NCBI GenBank assembly: GCA_964477545.1 | Contig: CAYZEJ010000001.1 | Coordinates: 11-64,010, forward strand | Length of the DNA stretch: 64,000 nucleotides | Source: an uncultured Anaerolineaceae bacterium | Lineage (GTDB): Bacteria; Chloroflexota; Limnocylindria; Limnocylindrales; CSP1-4 | Direction: 5' to 3' | Shown here: positions 19,142-28,389 of the stretch, one piece after another | Numbering within the stretch: position 1 is the first letter of the stretch | Layout: each line of letters opens with the position of its first letter | Program-made: the position numbers and the translations under genes | The notes under the pieces: model-generated | Seen by the model: the letters and a program-made list of their open reading frames with translations, nothing else | Database searches by the model: none | Told to the model about the DNA's origin: nothing

Positions 19142-20221
19142 ATGTCGTGGAGCACAAGCCGAGCACGGGGAGCAGCATCGCTCCTGGCTGTGTTCACTCT
19201 GATTCTTGCCGGCTGTTCGGCCACGCCGGCGGCAACGACCACGCCAACCGCCCCAACTTCGACGGTCGCCCCGGCGACCATAGCGGCCACCCCGGACGCA
19301 TGTGCCGGCTTTCCGTCACGCGACATCGAGTTCGTCATTCCCTATGGGCCCGGCGGTGGCTTCGACACATGGGTGCGTCTCGTGGCTCCGGCCCTGCAGG
19401 GCCACCTGCCGAACGACGTCAACGTCGTGCCGGTCAACCGTGAAGGTGCCGGCGGCCTCGTCGGCGTGACCGAGGTGCTGAATACCGAGCCAGACGGTTA
19501 CACCATCGTCATCACCGAACCGGGCGTGCTGGCCACGCAACAGATCGCAGGCACGACTGACGCTAACTTCCGGGAACTGCGCGCAATCGGCCGGCTCACG
19601 GTCGGACCCGAGACCATCGTGGTGGCGAGCACGTCAGAGTGGCAGACGATCGAAGACGTGCAGGCGGCCGTTGACGAGGCGAATCCGCTGCTGATGGCGT
19701 CCGGCGGCATCGCGGCCATCAACATTGTCTCCTTCGACCAGCTTGAACTGCCCTACAATGACGTGGCGCACGACACGAGCTCCGACGCGCTGCTCAGCCT
19801 CATCCGCGGCGACACCGACATCGCGTTGTACCCGCTCACCTCTGTCGCGTCCGGAATCGAGGGCGGTGACCTCCGTCCGCTGGTCCTCATCGGCCCGGCG
19901 CCCGAGGCTGGCCAGCCCAACGCCGAACTGGCAGAAGGCGTGCCCAGCCTTGACGAATTAACGGGCAACGAGGGCATCGGCGATGCCCTGGCCCAGACGC
20001 GCATCGTGGCCGCGCCCCCGGCAACGCCCGACTGCGTGCTCGAGATTCTCGACCAGTCACTCGCTGACACATTCGCCGACGAGGACTTCCTCGCTCAGCT
20101 CGACGGGGCCGGGTTCATTCCCGTCCACGGTTCGGCCGAGACGGCGCAGGGCGTCATCGAGATCACCTACGAGACGCTCGAGCAGTACGAGGACCTGATT
20201 CGCGAGAACCTGGCCGAATAG
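19142..20221 (+). CDS. tctC: Tripartite tricarboxylate transporter substrate-binding protein TctC (Bug family), lipoprotein
   Basis: Lipobox LAGC and Ala/Thr/Pro-rich linker. RBS GAGGAGG 10 nt before ATG 19142. The track ORF starts earlier at 19073. Confidence 0.8.
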   Translation: MSWSTSRARGAASLLAVFTLILAGCSATPAATTTPTAPTSTVAPATIAATPDACAGFPSRDIEFVIPYGPGGGFDTWVRLVAPALQGHLPNDVNVVPVNREGAGGLVGVTEVLNTEPDGYTIVITEPGVLATQQIAGTTDANFRELRAIGRLTVGPETIVVASTSEWQTIEDVQAAVDEANPLLMASGGIAAINIVSFDQLELPYNDVAHDTSSDALLSLIRGDTDIALYPLTSVASGIEGGDLRPLVLIGPAPEAGQPNAELAEGVPSLDELTGNEGIGDALAQTRIVAAPPATPDCVLEILDQSLADTFADEDFLAQLDGAGFIPVHGSAETAQGVIEITYETLEQYEDLIRENLAE

Positions 20222-20261
20222 CGTTACGGCCTGAGGCTGTTCGGGGCGCGGGAAGAGCCGC

Positions 20262-21770
20262 GTGATCGAAGGCCTAGCAAGTGCGGCAGCGGACCTGCTC
20301 GTGTGGCCAGGTCCGCTGCTCATCCTTGCCGGGGTCCTGATCGGGCTGTTTGTCGGCATCCTTCCCGGGCTGGGCGGCTCGGCGGGCATGGCCCTCCTTC
20401 TGCCGCTCACCTTCGGGATGTCGGCGACCCACGCCGTGGCCTTCCTGATGGCCATCGGCACGAGCTCAGGCCTGGGCGGCCAGATGACCTCGATCCTCGT
20501 CAGCGTGCCGGGCGATCCGCCCAACGCGGTGACGACGATCGATGGCTACCAGATGACGAAGAAGGGGAAAGCGGCCGAGGCGATCGGGGCTGCCACCTTC
20601 GGCTCCGTCTTTGGGGCCGTCTTCGGCATCATCCTGTTCCTGGCGCTGCTGCCGTTTGCGCGCACCCTCGTGCTGTCCGTTTCGTACCCCGAGTTCTTCA
20701 TGATCGCGCTGGTCGGCCTGTTGCTCATTGCAGCCATGACCGGCGGCACCATCGTCAAGGGCTTCGTCTCGGTCGGTGCAGGGCTGATGGTGGCGTTCAT
20801 CGGGCTGGATCCCGTCGTCGGCAATCCGCGCTTCACCTTCGGCCAGTTATACCTCTGGGACGGCATCGACATCGTGCCCGCGCTGATCGGGCTCTTCGCC
20901 GGGGGCGAGATGCTGGCGCTGTTCAGTGCCGGCCGCGACACGTCCCTCGCTCAGGTGGTGCCCGTGGGCAAGGCGTCGCGCATCGTAGACGGCCTGTGGT
21001 CCACGGTGCGCGCTTGGAGGATAGTCCTGGTCAGCTCGGTCATCGGCTTCATTGCCGGGCTCATACCGGGCATCAGCGGCACGTTGGCGTCGTTCTTGGC
21101 GTACGGCCAGGCGAAGCGCATGTCGAAGCATCCCGAGGAGTTCGGGCGTGGCTCGGTCGAGGGCGTCATCGCGCCGGAGACCGCGAACGACTCGGACAAG
21201 GGCGGTGCCATGCTGCCGACACTGGCCTTCGGCATCCCCGGCGGCGTGCTGTGGGCCGTGCTGCTGGCCGGGCTGCTGATCCACGGCGTCCCGGCCGGTC
21301 CCACGCTGTTGCGCGGCGACCTTCATATCGTCTATGTGATCGTCGTCGCCGCGCTCGTACCGCGCCTGATCGCCGCGATGCTGATGCTGATCGTTGGCGC
21401 CCGCGCCGTTGCCATCGCACGAATGCGGGGCGACGTGCTGGCGCCGCTTATCGCGGTGATCGCAATCGTCGGGGTCTACGCGATCCGGACCGACATCCTC
21501 GATGTTGTTGTGCTGCTCATCTTCGGCTACGTCGGCTACGCGATGGAGGTCTACGGATTCTCGCGCCTGGGCTTCATCATCGCGCTGGTGCTGGGTGGCC
21601 TGATCGAGCAGACGTTGCACCAGACACTGGCGACTTTCGGGCCGACCGGCTTCTTCAGCCGCCCAATCTCGCTGGTACTGCTGGTAGTCGCGGTGGTTAT
21701 CGTCGCAGTGCCCGCCATCGGCTGGCTTCGCCGGATGGCTGCGCCGTCAGCGCGCGAAATCGGACCATGA
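20262..21770 (+). CDS. tctA: Tripartite tricarboxylate transporter large permease TctA
   Basis: Roughly 500-aa polytopic membrane protein of the TctA family. Confidence 0.85.
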   Translation: MIEGLASAAADLLVWPGPLLILAGVLIGLFVGILPGLGGSAGMALLLPLTFGMSATHAVAFLMAIGTSSGLGGQMTSILVSVPGDPPNAVTTIDGYQMTKKGKAAEAIGAATFGSVFGAVFGIILFLALLPFARTLVLSVSYPEFFMIALVGLLLIAAMTGGTIVKGFVSVGAGLMVAFIGLDPVVGNPRFTFGQLYLWDGIDIVPALIGLFAGGEMLALFSAGRDTSLAQVVPVGKASRIVDGLWSTVRAWRIVLVSSVIGFIAGLIPGISGTLASFLAYGQAKRMSKHPEEFGRGSVEGVIAPETANDSDKGGAMLPTLAFGIPGGVLWAVLLAGLLIHGVPAGPTLLRGDLHIVYVIVVAALVPRLIAAMLMLIVGARAVAIARMRGDVLAPLIAVIAIVGVYAIRTDILDVVVLLIFGYVGYAMEVYGFSRLGFIIALVLGGLIEQTLHQTLATFGPTGFFSRPISLVLLVVAVVIVAVPAIGWLRRMAAPSAREIGP

Positions 21771-22282
21771 ACGCGACCCATCAGCGCCCGGTCGGTCGGT
21801 CGATAGGCGCGATCGTCTTCAACCTCATCGTGATCGGCTTCGTCGGTCTTCTCGTTACGAACGCCCTGGGCCTTCGCCCGGGTGCCGCGTTGGTGCCACT
21901 GCTCATCGGCGTGCCGACACTGATCGCGGCGGCGATCATCTTCGTGCTCGACCTGTTCCCGGGCCTGCGCCGGGCGTCCGGAGCCGACGAGGGGAAGGGT
22001 GGCATGGCACGCCTGGCTGCTATGCGCGAAGCCGACGACGAGAGCGAGCTCGAACTTGCGGCCGACCCCGCGTCGCTACGCCGTCAGGCCGCCTTCGCCC
22101 TTTGGGTCGGGGGCTTCGCCCTGCTGGTCGCGCTCACCAACATCTACGTCGCGATGCCCGTGGCGTTGGTGGCCATCTTCCTTGTCATCCGCGTGCCATT
22201 GCTGCACATCGCGGTCATCGTGGGCGTGACCGGGCTGGGCTTCTACGGCCTCCTCCACTACCTCCTCCACGTCCGTCTCTAG
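21767..22282 (+). CDS. tctB: TctB-like small membrane subunit
   Basis: 171-aa protein with 4 TM segments and ATGA overlap with tctA. It lies in the C-terminal part of the shadow ORF 20303-22282. Confidence 0.6.
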   Translation: MNATHQRPVGRSIGAIVFNLIVIGFVGLLVTNALGLRPGAALVPLLIGVPTLIAAAIIFVLDLFPGLRRASGADEGKGGMARLAAMREADDESELELAADPASLRRQAAFALWVGGFALLVALTNIYVAMPVALVAIFLVIRVPLLHIAVIVGVTGLGFYGLLHYLLHVRL

Positions 22283-22752
22283 GTCGCTACGGCACGCCGA
22301 ATAGCGTCCACCTGCGACTGCCAGCGCGCCACGGCGCGCTCGGTGTTGGCCAGCTCGATGGTCGGGCCGCTGCTCAGGCGCGCGTAGCTGACTTCGTCGC
22401 GGACGGTGCTCTCCACCGTGGCCGAGAAGAGAGCCAGCTTGCTGCCGCCAAGGTCATCGGCGAGCGGACGCGCGGCGAGTCTCAGCCGATAGGCCGCACC
22501 GTGTAGGTAGATCTGGAGAACCGCGCGTCCCGACCGTTGCAGGTTGTCTGTGGTCGTGCTCGCCGGCCAGAGGGCCAGCCCGACCGAATGCTCGTCGAGG
22601 GCGACCACCTCGCCCACGCTCAGCAGGGCGACATGCGGCCAGCCCGACGGCGCAACCGTTACGAGCTCGAAGACGAGCGACGCCCGGGCGGCAAGGTCTT
22701 CTCCGTCGAGCACCTGCCGGATCTCGTCGGGCAATCCTGGTGGGTCTTTCAT
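22279..22752 (-). CDS. Pyridoxamine 5'-phosphate oxidase-like FMN/F420-binding protein
   Basis: 157 aa from MKDPPGL. Split-barrel-like sequence. Start chosen at the internal ATG because the region upstream holds a regulatory motif. Confidence 0.45.
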   Translation of the reverse strand: MKDPPGLPDEIRQVLDGEDLAARASLVFELVTVAPSGWPHVALLSVGEVVALDEHSVGLALWPASTTTDNLQRSGRAVLQIYLHGAAYRLRLAARPLADDLGGSKLALFSATVESTVRDEVSYARLSSGPTIELANTERAVARWQSQVDAIRRAVAT

Positions 22753-22781
22753 CGCTGGATGACTCCATGGCCTGGTGTGAT

Positions 22782-22795
22782 GCAATCGTGGTTGC
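22782..22795. promoter_or_regulatory. Inverted-repeat motif GCAATCGTGGTTGC (site 4, one mismatch)
   Basis: Lies in the divergent region between the PNPOx-like gene and the 13-gene CoA operon. Confidence 0.4.
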
Positions 22796-22829
22796 AGCGA
22801 GCCTAGGTGGGTGAAACAATCGATGTCAA

Positions 22830-23996
22830 ATGTTCCTGGCGCCGACGGCCGACGAACGACTCCTGCGCGATTCCGTCGGCGCGATCTGCGCACAATTCGC
22901 CGATGACTATTGGCGGCAGGCCGACGCTGCACGGGAGTACCCAAGCGAATTCGTCGACGCGCTGACAGCGGCCGGCTGGCTAGCGATGCTCGTGCCCGAG
23001 GAGCACGGCGGTGCCGGCCTCGGCATCAGCGAGGCAGCCATCGTCCTCGAGGAGATCAATCGGTCCGGTGGCAACTCCGCCGCCTGTCACGCCCAGATGT
23101 ACATCCTCGCCGCGCTCGTCCGCCACGGCACGGACGAGCAGCGCCGACGGTACCTGCCGGAGATCGCCGCCGGGCGGCTCAGGCTGCAGGCATTTGGCGT
23201 GACCGAACCGTCCGCCGGGTCGGAGACGACTCGTATCCAGACGTTCGCGCGGCGCGTCGGCAATCACTATGTCGTAAACGGCCAGAAGATCTGGGCATCG
23301 CGCGCGGCGCACTCCGACCTGATGCTGCTACTGGCGCGCACCACGCCCTACGAGGAGCTGACCGACAAGACGCGAGGCCTTTCACTCTTCATCGTCGACC
23401 TTCGCACCGCCGTCGCCGCGGGCCGAGTGACGATCCGGCCGATTGACACGATGCTGAACCACTCGACGACCGAAGTCTTCATCAACGACCTCGAGGTCCC
23501 CGCCGACGACCTGGTGGGCGAGGAGGGGTTGGGCTTCCGCTACATCCTCGACGGCTGGAACGCCGAGCGCATCCTGATCGCAGCCGAGTGCGTCGGCGAT
23601 GGGCGCTGGTTCGTAGAGCACTCGGCGGCCTACGCGCGCGAGCGGGTGGTCTTCGGGAGGCCGATTGGACAGAACCAGGGCGTGCAGTTTCCGATCGCCC
23701 GCGCCTATGCCGCGGTCGTGGCAGCCGACCTCGTGCGCCGCCGCGCCGCGGAGCTGTACGACGCCGGCGAGAGGTGCGGCCCGGAGGCGAACATGGCCAA
23801 GTACCTCGCTGCCGAGGCCAGCTGGGAGGCGGCCAACGTGTGCCTCGACGTGCATGGCGGGTTCGGCTTCGCACGCGAGTACCACGTCGAGCGCAAGTTC
23901 AGAGAGACGCGGCTGTACCGTGTGGCGCCGATCAGCCAGAACCTCGTCCTCGCCTATCTCGGACAGCACGTGCTGAACCTGCCGCGCTCCTACTGA
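22830..23996 (+). CDS. Acyl-CoA dehydrogenase
   Basis: ACAD N-terminal, middle and C-terminal domains. Confidence 0.9.
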   Translation: MFLAPTADERLLRDSVGAICAQFADDYWRQADAAREYPSEFVDALTAAGWLAMLVPEEHGGAGLGISEAAIVLEEINRSGGNSAACHAQMYILAALVRHGTDEQRRRYLPEIAAGRLRLQAFGVTEPSAGSETTRIQTFARRVGNHYVVNGQKIWASRAAHSDLMLLLARTTPYEELTDKTRGLSLFIVDLRTAVAAGRVTIRPIDTMLNHSTTEVFINDLEVPADDLVGEEGLGFRYILDGWNAERILIAAECVGDGRWFVEHSAAYARERVVFGRPIGQNQGVQFPIARAYAAVVAADLVRRRAAELYDAGERCGPEANMAKYLAAEASWEAANVCLDVHGGFGFAREYHVERKFRETRLYRVAPISQNLVLAYLGQHVLNLPRSY

Positions 23997-25132
23997 TGCC
24001 TGGTCCGCCTCTGGCCGGTCTGCGCGTCGTTGCCGTCGAGCAAGCGGTCGCCGCGCCGCTGTGCACCCGCCACCTTGCCGACCTCGGCGCAGACGTGGTC
24101 AAGGTCGAGCGACCAGGTGGGGGAGACTTCGCCCGCCATTATGACGGAGTGGTGCTGGGCCAGTCGGCGTACTTCGTCTGGCTCAACCACGGCAAGCGCA
24201 GCGTCACGCTCGATCTCGGTCGCGATGACGAACGGGCCGCGCTGGAGCGACTGCTCGACCGCGCCGACATTTTCGTCCACAACCTGGCGCCGGGCGCCGC
24301 CGACCGGCTGGGTATTGACCATCGCTCCGTCCGCGCCCATCGGCCGACTCTCGTCTCGTGCGCGATCAGCGGCTACGGCCCGGGCGGACCCTACAGCGAT
24401 CGCAAGGGGTTTGACCTGCTGCTGCAGGGCGAGAGCGGCCTGATGTCGGTCACCGGCACGCCCGAGGCGCCGGCCAAGGTGGGCATATCCGTCGCCGACC
24501 TGTGCGCCGGGATGTACGCACTTTCGGCCGTGCTCGCCGCCCTACATCGCCGGGAACGCGCGGGCGGCGGCGCGACCATCGACATCAGCCTGCTCGACTG
24601 CCTCGCCGAGTGGATGAGCGTGCCCTCACTGCAGCTGCGTTACGGCGGCAAGGCGCCGGCGAGGGTCGGCGCGCGACACGCCTCGATTGTGCCGTACGGG
24701 CCGTACCGCACCGCCGACGGAATGGTCAACCTGGCCGTCCAGAACGAGAGCCAGTGGCGCCGCTTCTGCGCCACGGTGCTGCGGCGGCCGGCGCTGGGTG
24801 ACGACCCTGAACTCGCCGGTAACGAGCGGCGCGTGCGCGATCGCGCGCGTTTAGAGGAGTTGATCGATGAGTGCCTGGCCGACGTCACGACGACCGAGGT
24901 GGAGCGGCGGCTGGCTGCCGCCGACGTGCCATGCGGGGCGCTGAACGACGTGCAGGGGTTGCTCGACCATCGCCAGCTCGCGGCGCGCGATCGCTGGTGG
25001 GATGTTGCCTCGCCGGCGGGGCCTGTGCGCAGCGTGCGACCACCCTTCAACATCGACGGCATGGCCGCCCATGCAGGTCGTGTGCCTGACCTCGGCGAGC
25101 ACACCGCCGAGGTGCTGGAGGAGATCGCATGA
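23996..25132 (+). CDS. Family III CoA-transferase (CaiB/BaiF/Frc-like)
   Basis: MPGPPLAGLRVVAVEQAVAAPLCTRHLADLGADVVKVE N-terminus. TGATG overlap with the ACAD gene. Confidence 0.85.
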   Translation: MPGPPLAGLRVVAVEQAVAAPLCTRHLADLGADVVKVERPGGGDFARHYDGVVLGQSAYFVWLNHGKRSVTLDLGRDDERAALERLLDRADIFVHNLAPGAADRLGIDHRSVRAHRPTLVSCAISGYGPGGPYSDRKGFDLLLQGESGLMSVTGTPEAPAKVGISVADLCAGMYALSAVLAALHRRERAGGGATIDISLLDCLAEWMSVPSLQLRYGGKAPARVGARHASIVPYGPYRTADGMVNLAVQNESQWRRFCATVLRRPALGDDPELAGNERRVRDRARLEELIDECLADVTTTEVERRLAAADVPCGALNDVQGLLDHRQLAARDRWWDVASPAGPVRSVRPPFNIDGMAAHAGRVPDLGEHTAEVLEEIA

Positions 25133-25677
25133 GCGAGGCGCGGCCGAACTCGGGGCCGACTGATGGTCAGGCATCGGTCAGCGGTGGCCGCTGCCTGGAG
25201 GACTTCGAGGTTGGCGCGGTCTACCGGCATCCACTCGGCCGCACGATCAGCGCGGTCGACAACAGCTGGTTCACGCAGCTCACTCTCAACACCAACCCAC
25301 TCCACTTCGACAGGCACTATGCGGCTCAGACCCGCTTCGGGCGACCCCTAGTGAACTCGACGCTGACACTCGCCCTGGTGACGGGCCTATCGGTACGGGA
25401 TGTGAGCCAGAACGCCATCGCCAATCTGGGCTGGGACGAGGTGCGCCTGCTCAAGCCGGTGTTCGAGGGAGACACGCTGTATGGCCAGAGCGAGGTGCTC
25501 GCGGCGAGACCGTCGCGCACCCGCCCCGACGCCGGGCTGGTCAGCGTCCGCACCACGGGCTACAACCAGGATGGCGAGGTGGTCATCACCTTCCGCCGCG
25601 AGATGATGGTCTACCGTCGCGGTTACGTGCCGCAGCCGCCGGCGCCGAGAGAGGAGCCGTCGGAAGAAGTGAAATGA
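25129..25677 (+). CDS. MaoC-like (R)-specific enoyl-CoA hydratase/dehydratase
   Basis: Hot-dog fold (NPLHFD). Overlaps neighbours on both sides. Confidence 0.8.
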   Translation: MSEARPNSGPTDGQASVSGGRCLEDFEVGAVYRHPLGRTISAVDNSWFTQLTLNTNPLHFDRHYAAQTRFGRPLVNSTLTLALVTGLSVRDVSQNAIANLGWDEVRLLKPVFEGDTLYGQSEVLAARPSRTRPDAGLVSVRTTGYNQDGEVVITFRREMMVYRRGYVPQPPAPREEPSEEVK

Positions 25678-26825
25678 ACGGTATCGCTGCTGTTTCCGCT
25701 CGAACTGGTTGGCTGTGGGCGCAGCCGGTCATCCTAAGCGTGCCGGCGACCGACAGTCTGCTTGTCGGAAAGGCGGTAGAGCGGCGAAACGACGCCCTGG
25801 CCAGGCTGCTCGAACGCGCGTTCGTCACGCCGGGCGACGTTGCCGTGCGCCTAGAGATCGGGCGCGACAAGGTCGACACGATGCTGCGTGCTGCCCGCCC
25901 GACGCCGGCGGTCATGCTGGACGGCGAGGATGCCGCCCGGGGCACGCCAGAGGAGGTCGCCCACGCGGTCGCCGTCGCATTGCTTGATTCCGCATGGCAG
26001 ACGGGCACGCTGCGCCTGGTGCGCCTGGCCGCGGGCACGACCGGTTCGCACCAGCTCGAGGTGATCGCGCGTCAGTTGGCCGGCGCGGGAGCAAGTGCTG
26101 CGCCCCACAGCGTCGTCCTGCCGAAGGTTACTCACCCGGCATACGTGCGCGCCGCGATCGGTACGCTCGAGCGTTTTGAGGACGCGGTCGGAATCCCGCG
26201 AGAGCATGTTGGCATCCATCTGCTGATCGAGAATGCGGCCGGCATGGCAGCCATCAACGAGCTGGCACACGCGGCAGGATCGCGTCTTGCCGGTATGTTG
26301 TTCGGCGCGCTTGATTACGCTGCCGACATCGGCCTGCCCGATCCGGCCGATCACGCCGGCGCCAGTGCGTCCTGGGCGCGCATGCAGGTGGCCAACGCAG
26401 CGGCGGCCGCCGGGGTTCCGGCGCTTGACGGCATGACCACGGCATTCCCGCCGCGGCCTGGGACGGGCAAGGATCTCGCAGATGGACTGCTGACCGCTAT
26501 TGAGGTCACCTATCGAGACACGCTGCGCGCCGCCAGCCAGGGCATGTCGGGCAAGTTGGTAGGTCATCCGGCGCAACTGCTGGCCGCGCTGCTCGCATTT
26601 GACGAAACCTATTCGCCGCAAGCGCAGCAGCGCTGGCGGAGCGTCATCGCGGCATACCAGGCCAACACGAAGGGGGGCGCCATGACGCACGAGGGACAGA
26701 TGATCGACCAGGCGTCGGTGCACCACGCACGAATGATGCTCGAGCGAGCACGCGCGGGCGGCTTTGTTCAGGCCGCGATGGTGCGCGACGAAAGGAGTTC
26801 GATCGCGGCAGGGTCAGCACAGTGA
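25674..26825 (+). CDS. HpcH/HpaI aldolase / citrate-lyase beta (CitE)-like acyl-CoA lyase
   Basis: CitE-like core (MLDGEDA...ENAAG...DYAADIG). Confidence 0.7.
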   Translation: MNGIAAVSARTGWLWAQPVILSVPATDSLLVGKAVERRNDALARLLERAFVTPGDVAVRLEIGRDKVDTMLRAARPTPAVMLDGEDAARGTPEEVAHAVAVALLDSAWQTGTLRLVRLAAGTTGSHQLEVIARQLAGAGASAAPHSVVLPKVTHPAYVRAAIGTLERFEDAVGIPREHVGIHLLIENAAGMAAINELAHAAGSRLAGMLFGALDYAADIGLPDPADHAGASASWARMQVANAAAAAGVPALDGMTTAFPPRPGTGKDLADGLLTAIEVTYRDTLRAASQGMSGKLVGHPAQLLAALLAFDETYSPQAQQRWRSVIAAYQANTKGGAMTHEGQMIDQASVHHARMMLERARAGGFVQAAMVRDERSSIAAGSAQ

Positions 26826-28267
26826 CCGTCGCCGCGACCGCAGCCCGGCCTATATTCGTGGGGGGCCGCTGGGAAACCGGCGAGGACCTGCTCGAGGTGG
26901 CCAACCCGGCACGGGCGGACGAGCTAGCCGGGACAACCTACCAGGCCAGCGCAGACCAGCTCGAGCGTGCGATCGTGGCTGCTGAAGCGGCGTTCGCCGA
27001 GACGCGCCGCTCGCCCGCGTACGAGCGTGGCGCCCTGCTGCGGCGCATCAGCGCGGGAGTGCTCGCGCGACGCGACGAGCTCGCGCGCCTGCTGGCCCTT
27101 GAGATTGGCAAGCCCATTCGCGACTCGGTCATCGAGGCGGAGCGCACGGCCCTGGCTTTCCGCATCGCCGGCGAGGAAGCCGAGCGACTGCACGGCGAGC
27201 TCATCCCACTTGACCTGAACGCGGCTTCGCGCGGGCGTGTCGGCGTGACCCGACGCTTCCCTATCGGTCCGATAGCGGCGATCAGCCCGTTCAACCTGCC
27301 GCTCGGGCTGGCCGTCCACAAGCTGGCACCAGCGATGGCCGTAGGCGCACCGATCGTGCTCAAGGTGCCGTCGCGCGCGCCGCTGGCGCTGCTGGCACTG
27401 GCCGAGGTCATCGAAGCGGCTGGCGCGCCGGCTGGTTCGGTCAGCATCATGCCCATGAGCCGCAGCGTGGGCGACCGGATGATCAGCGACGAGCGGTTCA
27501 AGCTCCTCACCTTCACCGGCAGTCCCGCGGTCGGCTGGGACATGAAGGCACGTGCCGGCAAGAAGAAGGTCGTGCTCGAGCTGGGCGGCAACGCCGCGGC
27601 GATCGTCGACGCGTCAGCCGACATTGAATGGGCAGTAACCCGCTGCCTGACAGGCGCGTTCAAGTTCGCTGGCCAGCTGTGCGTGAGCGTCCAGCGCCTG
27701 CTGCTTCACGACGACATCGCCGACGACTTCCTCGCGCGCTTCGGCGAGCGCGCCGCGAAGCTGCGCATGGGCGACCCGCTCGATCCGGCGACCGAGCTCG
27801 GGCCGGTCATCGACCGAGACGTCGTCGAGCGGACGCAGGGCTGGATCGAAGAGGCCGTGTCGCTGGGAGGGCGTGTGCTGATGGGCGGGGAGCCTCATGG
27901 TCAGTTCTTCCCGCCGACCCTTCTTGCCGACGTGCCCGCCCAAGCGCAGATCTGCACCGAGGAGGCTTTCGCGCCGGTGGCCGTCGTCAGTCGGTTTGCG
28001 ACCTTCGAAGAGGCGATCGAGCGTGTCAACGAGTCCCGTTTCGGACTGCAGGCTGGCGTGTTTACGAGTGGGCTGGCCAATGCCTGGCGCGCCTTTGACG
28101 AACTCGAGGTCGGCGGGGTGATGATCAACGACATCCCCGGCTATCGCATCGACCACATGCCGTTCGGTGGCGTGAAGGAGTCCGGACTGGGGCGCGAGGG
28201 GCTGCGCTGGGCGATGGAGGATATGACCGAGCTCCGGCTGATGGTCGTGGCGCCCGTCGGAGGCTGA
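26822..28267 (+). CDS. NAD(P)-dependent aldehyde dehydrogenase
   Basis: ALDH superfamily with catalytic Cys (FAGQLCVSVQR) and Glu (LELGGN) motifs. Confidence 0.9.
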   Translation: MTVAATAARPIFVGGRWETGEDLLEVANPARADELAGTTYQASADQLERAIVAAEAAFAETRRSPAYERGALLRRISAGVLARRDELARLLALEIGKPIRDSVIEAERTALAFRIAGEEAERLHGELIPLDLNAASRGRVGVTRRFPIGPIAAISPFNLPLGLAVHKLAPAMAVGAPIVLKVPSRAPLALLALAEVIEAAGAPAGSVSIMPMSRSVGDRMISDERFKLLTFTGSPAVGWDMKARAGKKKVVLELGGNAAAIVDASADIEWAVTRCLTGAFKFAGQLCVSVQRLLLHDDIADDFLARFGERAAKLRMGDPLDPATELGPVIDRDVVERTQGWIEEAVSLGGRVLMGGEPHGQFFPPTLLADVPAQAQICTEEAFAPVAVVSRFATFEEAIERVNESRFGLQAGVFTSGLANAWRAFDELEVGGVMINDIPGYRIDHMPFGGVKESGLGREGLRWAMEDMTELRLMVVAPVGG

Positions 28268-28389
28268 GAGGAGGTCAGCTCGGCGACAGTGGCAACAACG
28301 AGTGTTCCAATCACGGGGCACCCGTGCTATGTTTCGTTGCATCGTTGGCGAGGGCGCGAGCCACTCGGACAAGGGGAGTTGGAGCGGAC

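Noticed and set aside
20303-22282. 659-aa ORF spanning tctA in an alternative frame
   Set aside because: Only its last 171 codons (21767-22282, TctB-like membrane protein) are credible. The rest is a frame-shifted shadow of tctA.
23588-25132. N-terminally extended ORFs for the CoA-transferases, permease and SBP (23588-25132, 31842-33497, 55745-57052, 53295-54473)
   Set aside because: The extensions overlap upstream genes in another frame. Conserved N-termini, RBSs and stop/start overlaps place the true starts at 23996, 32274, 56168 and 53391/53397.
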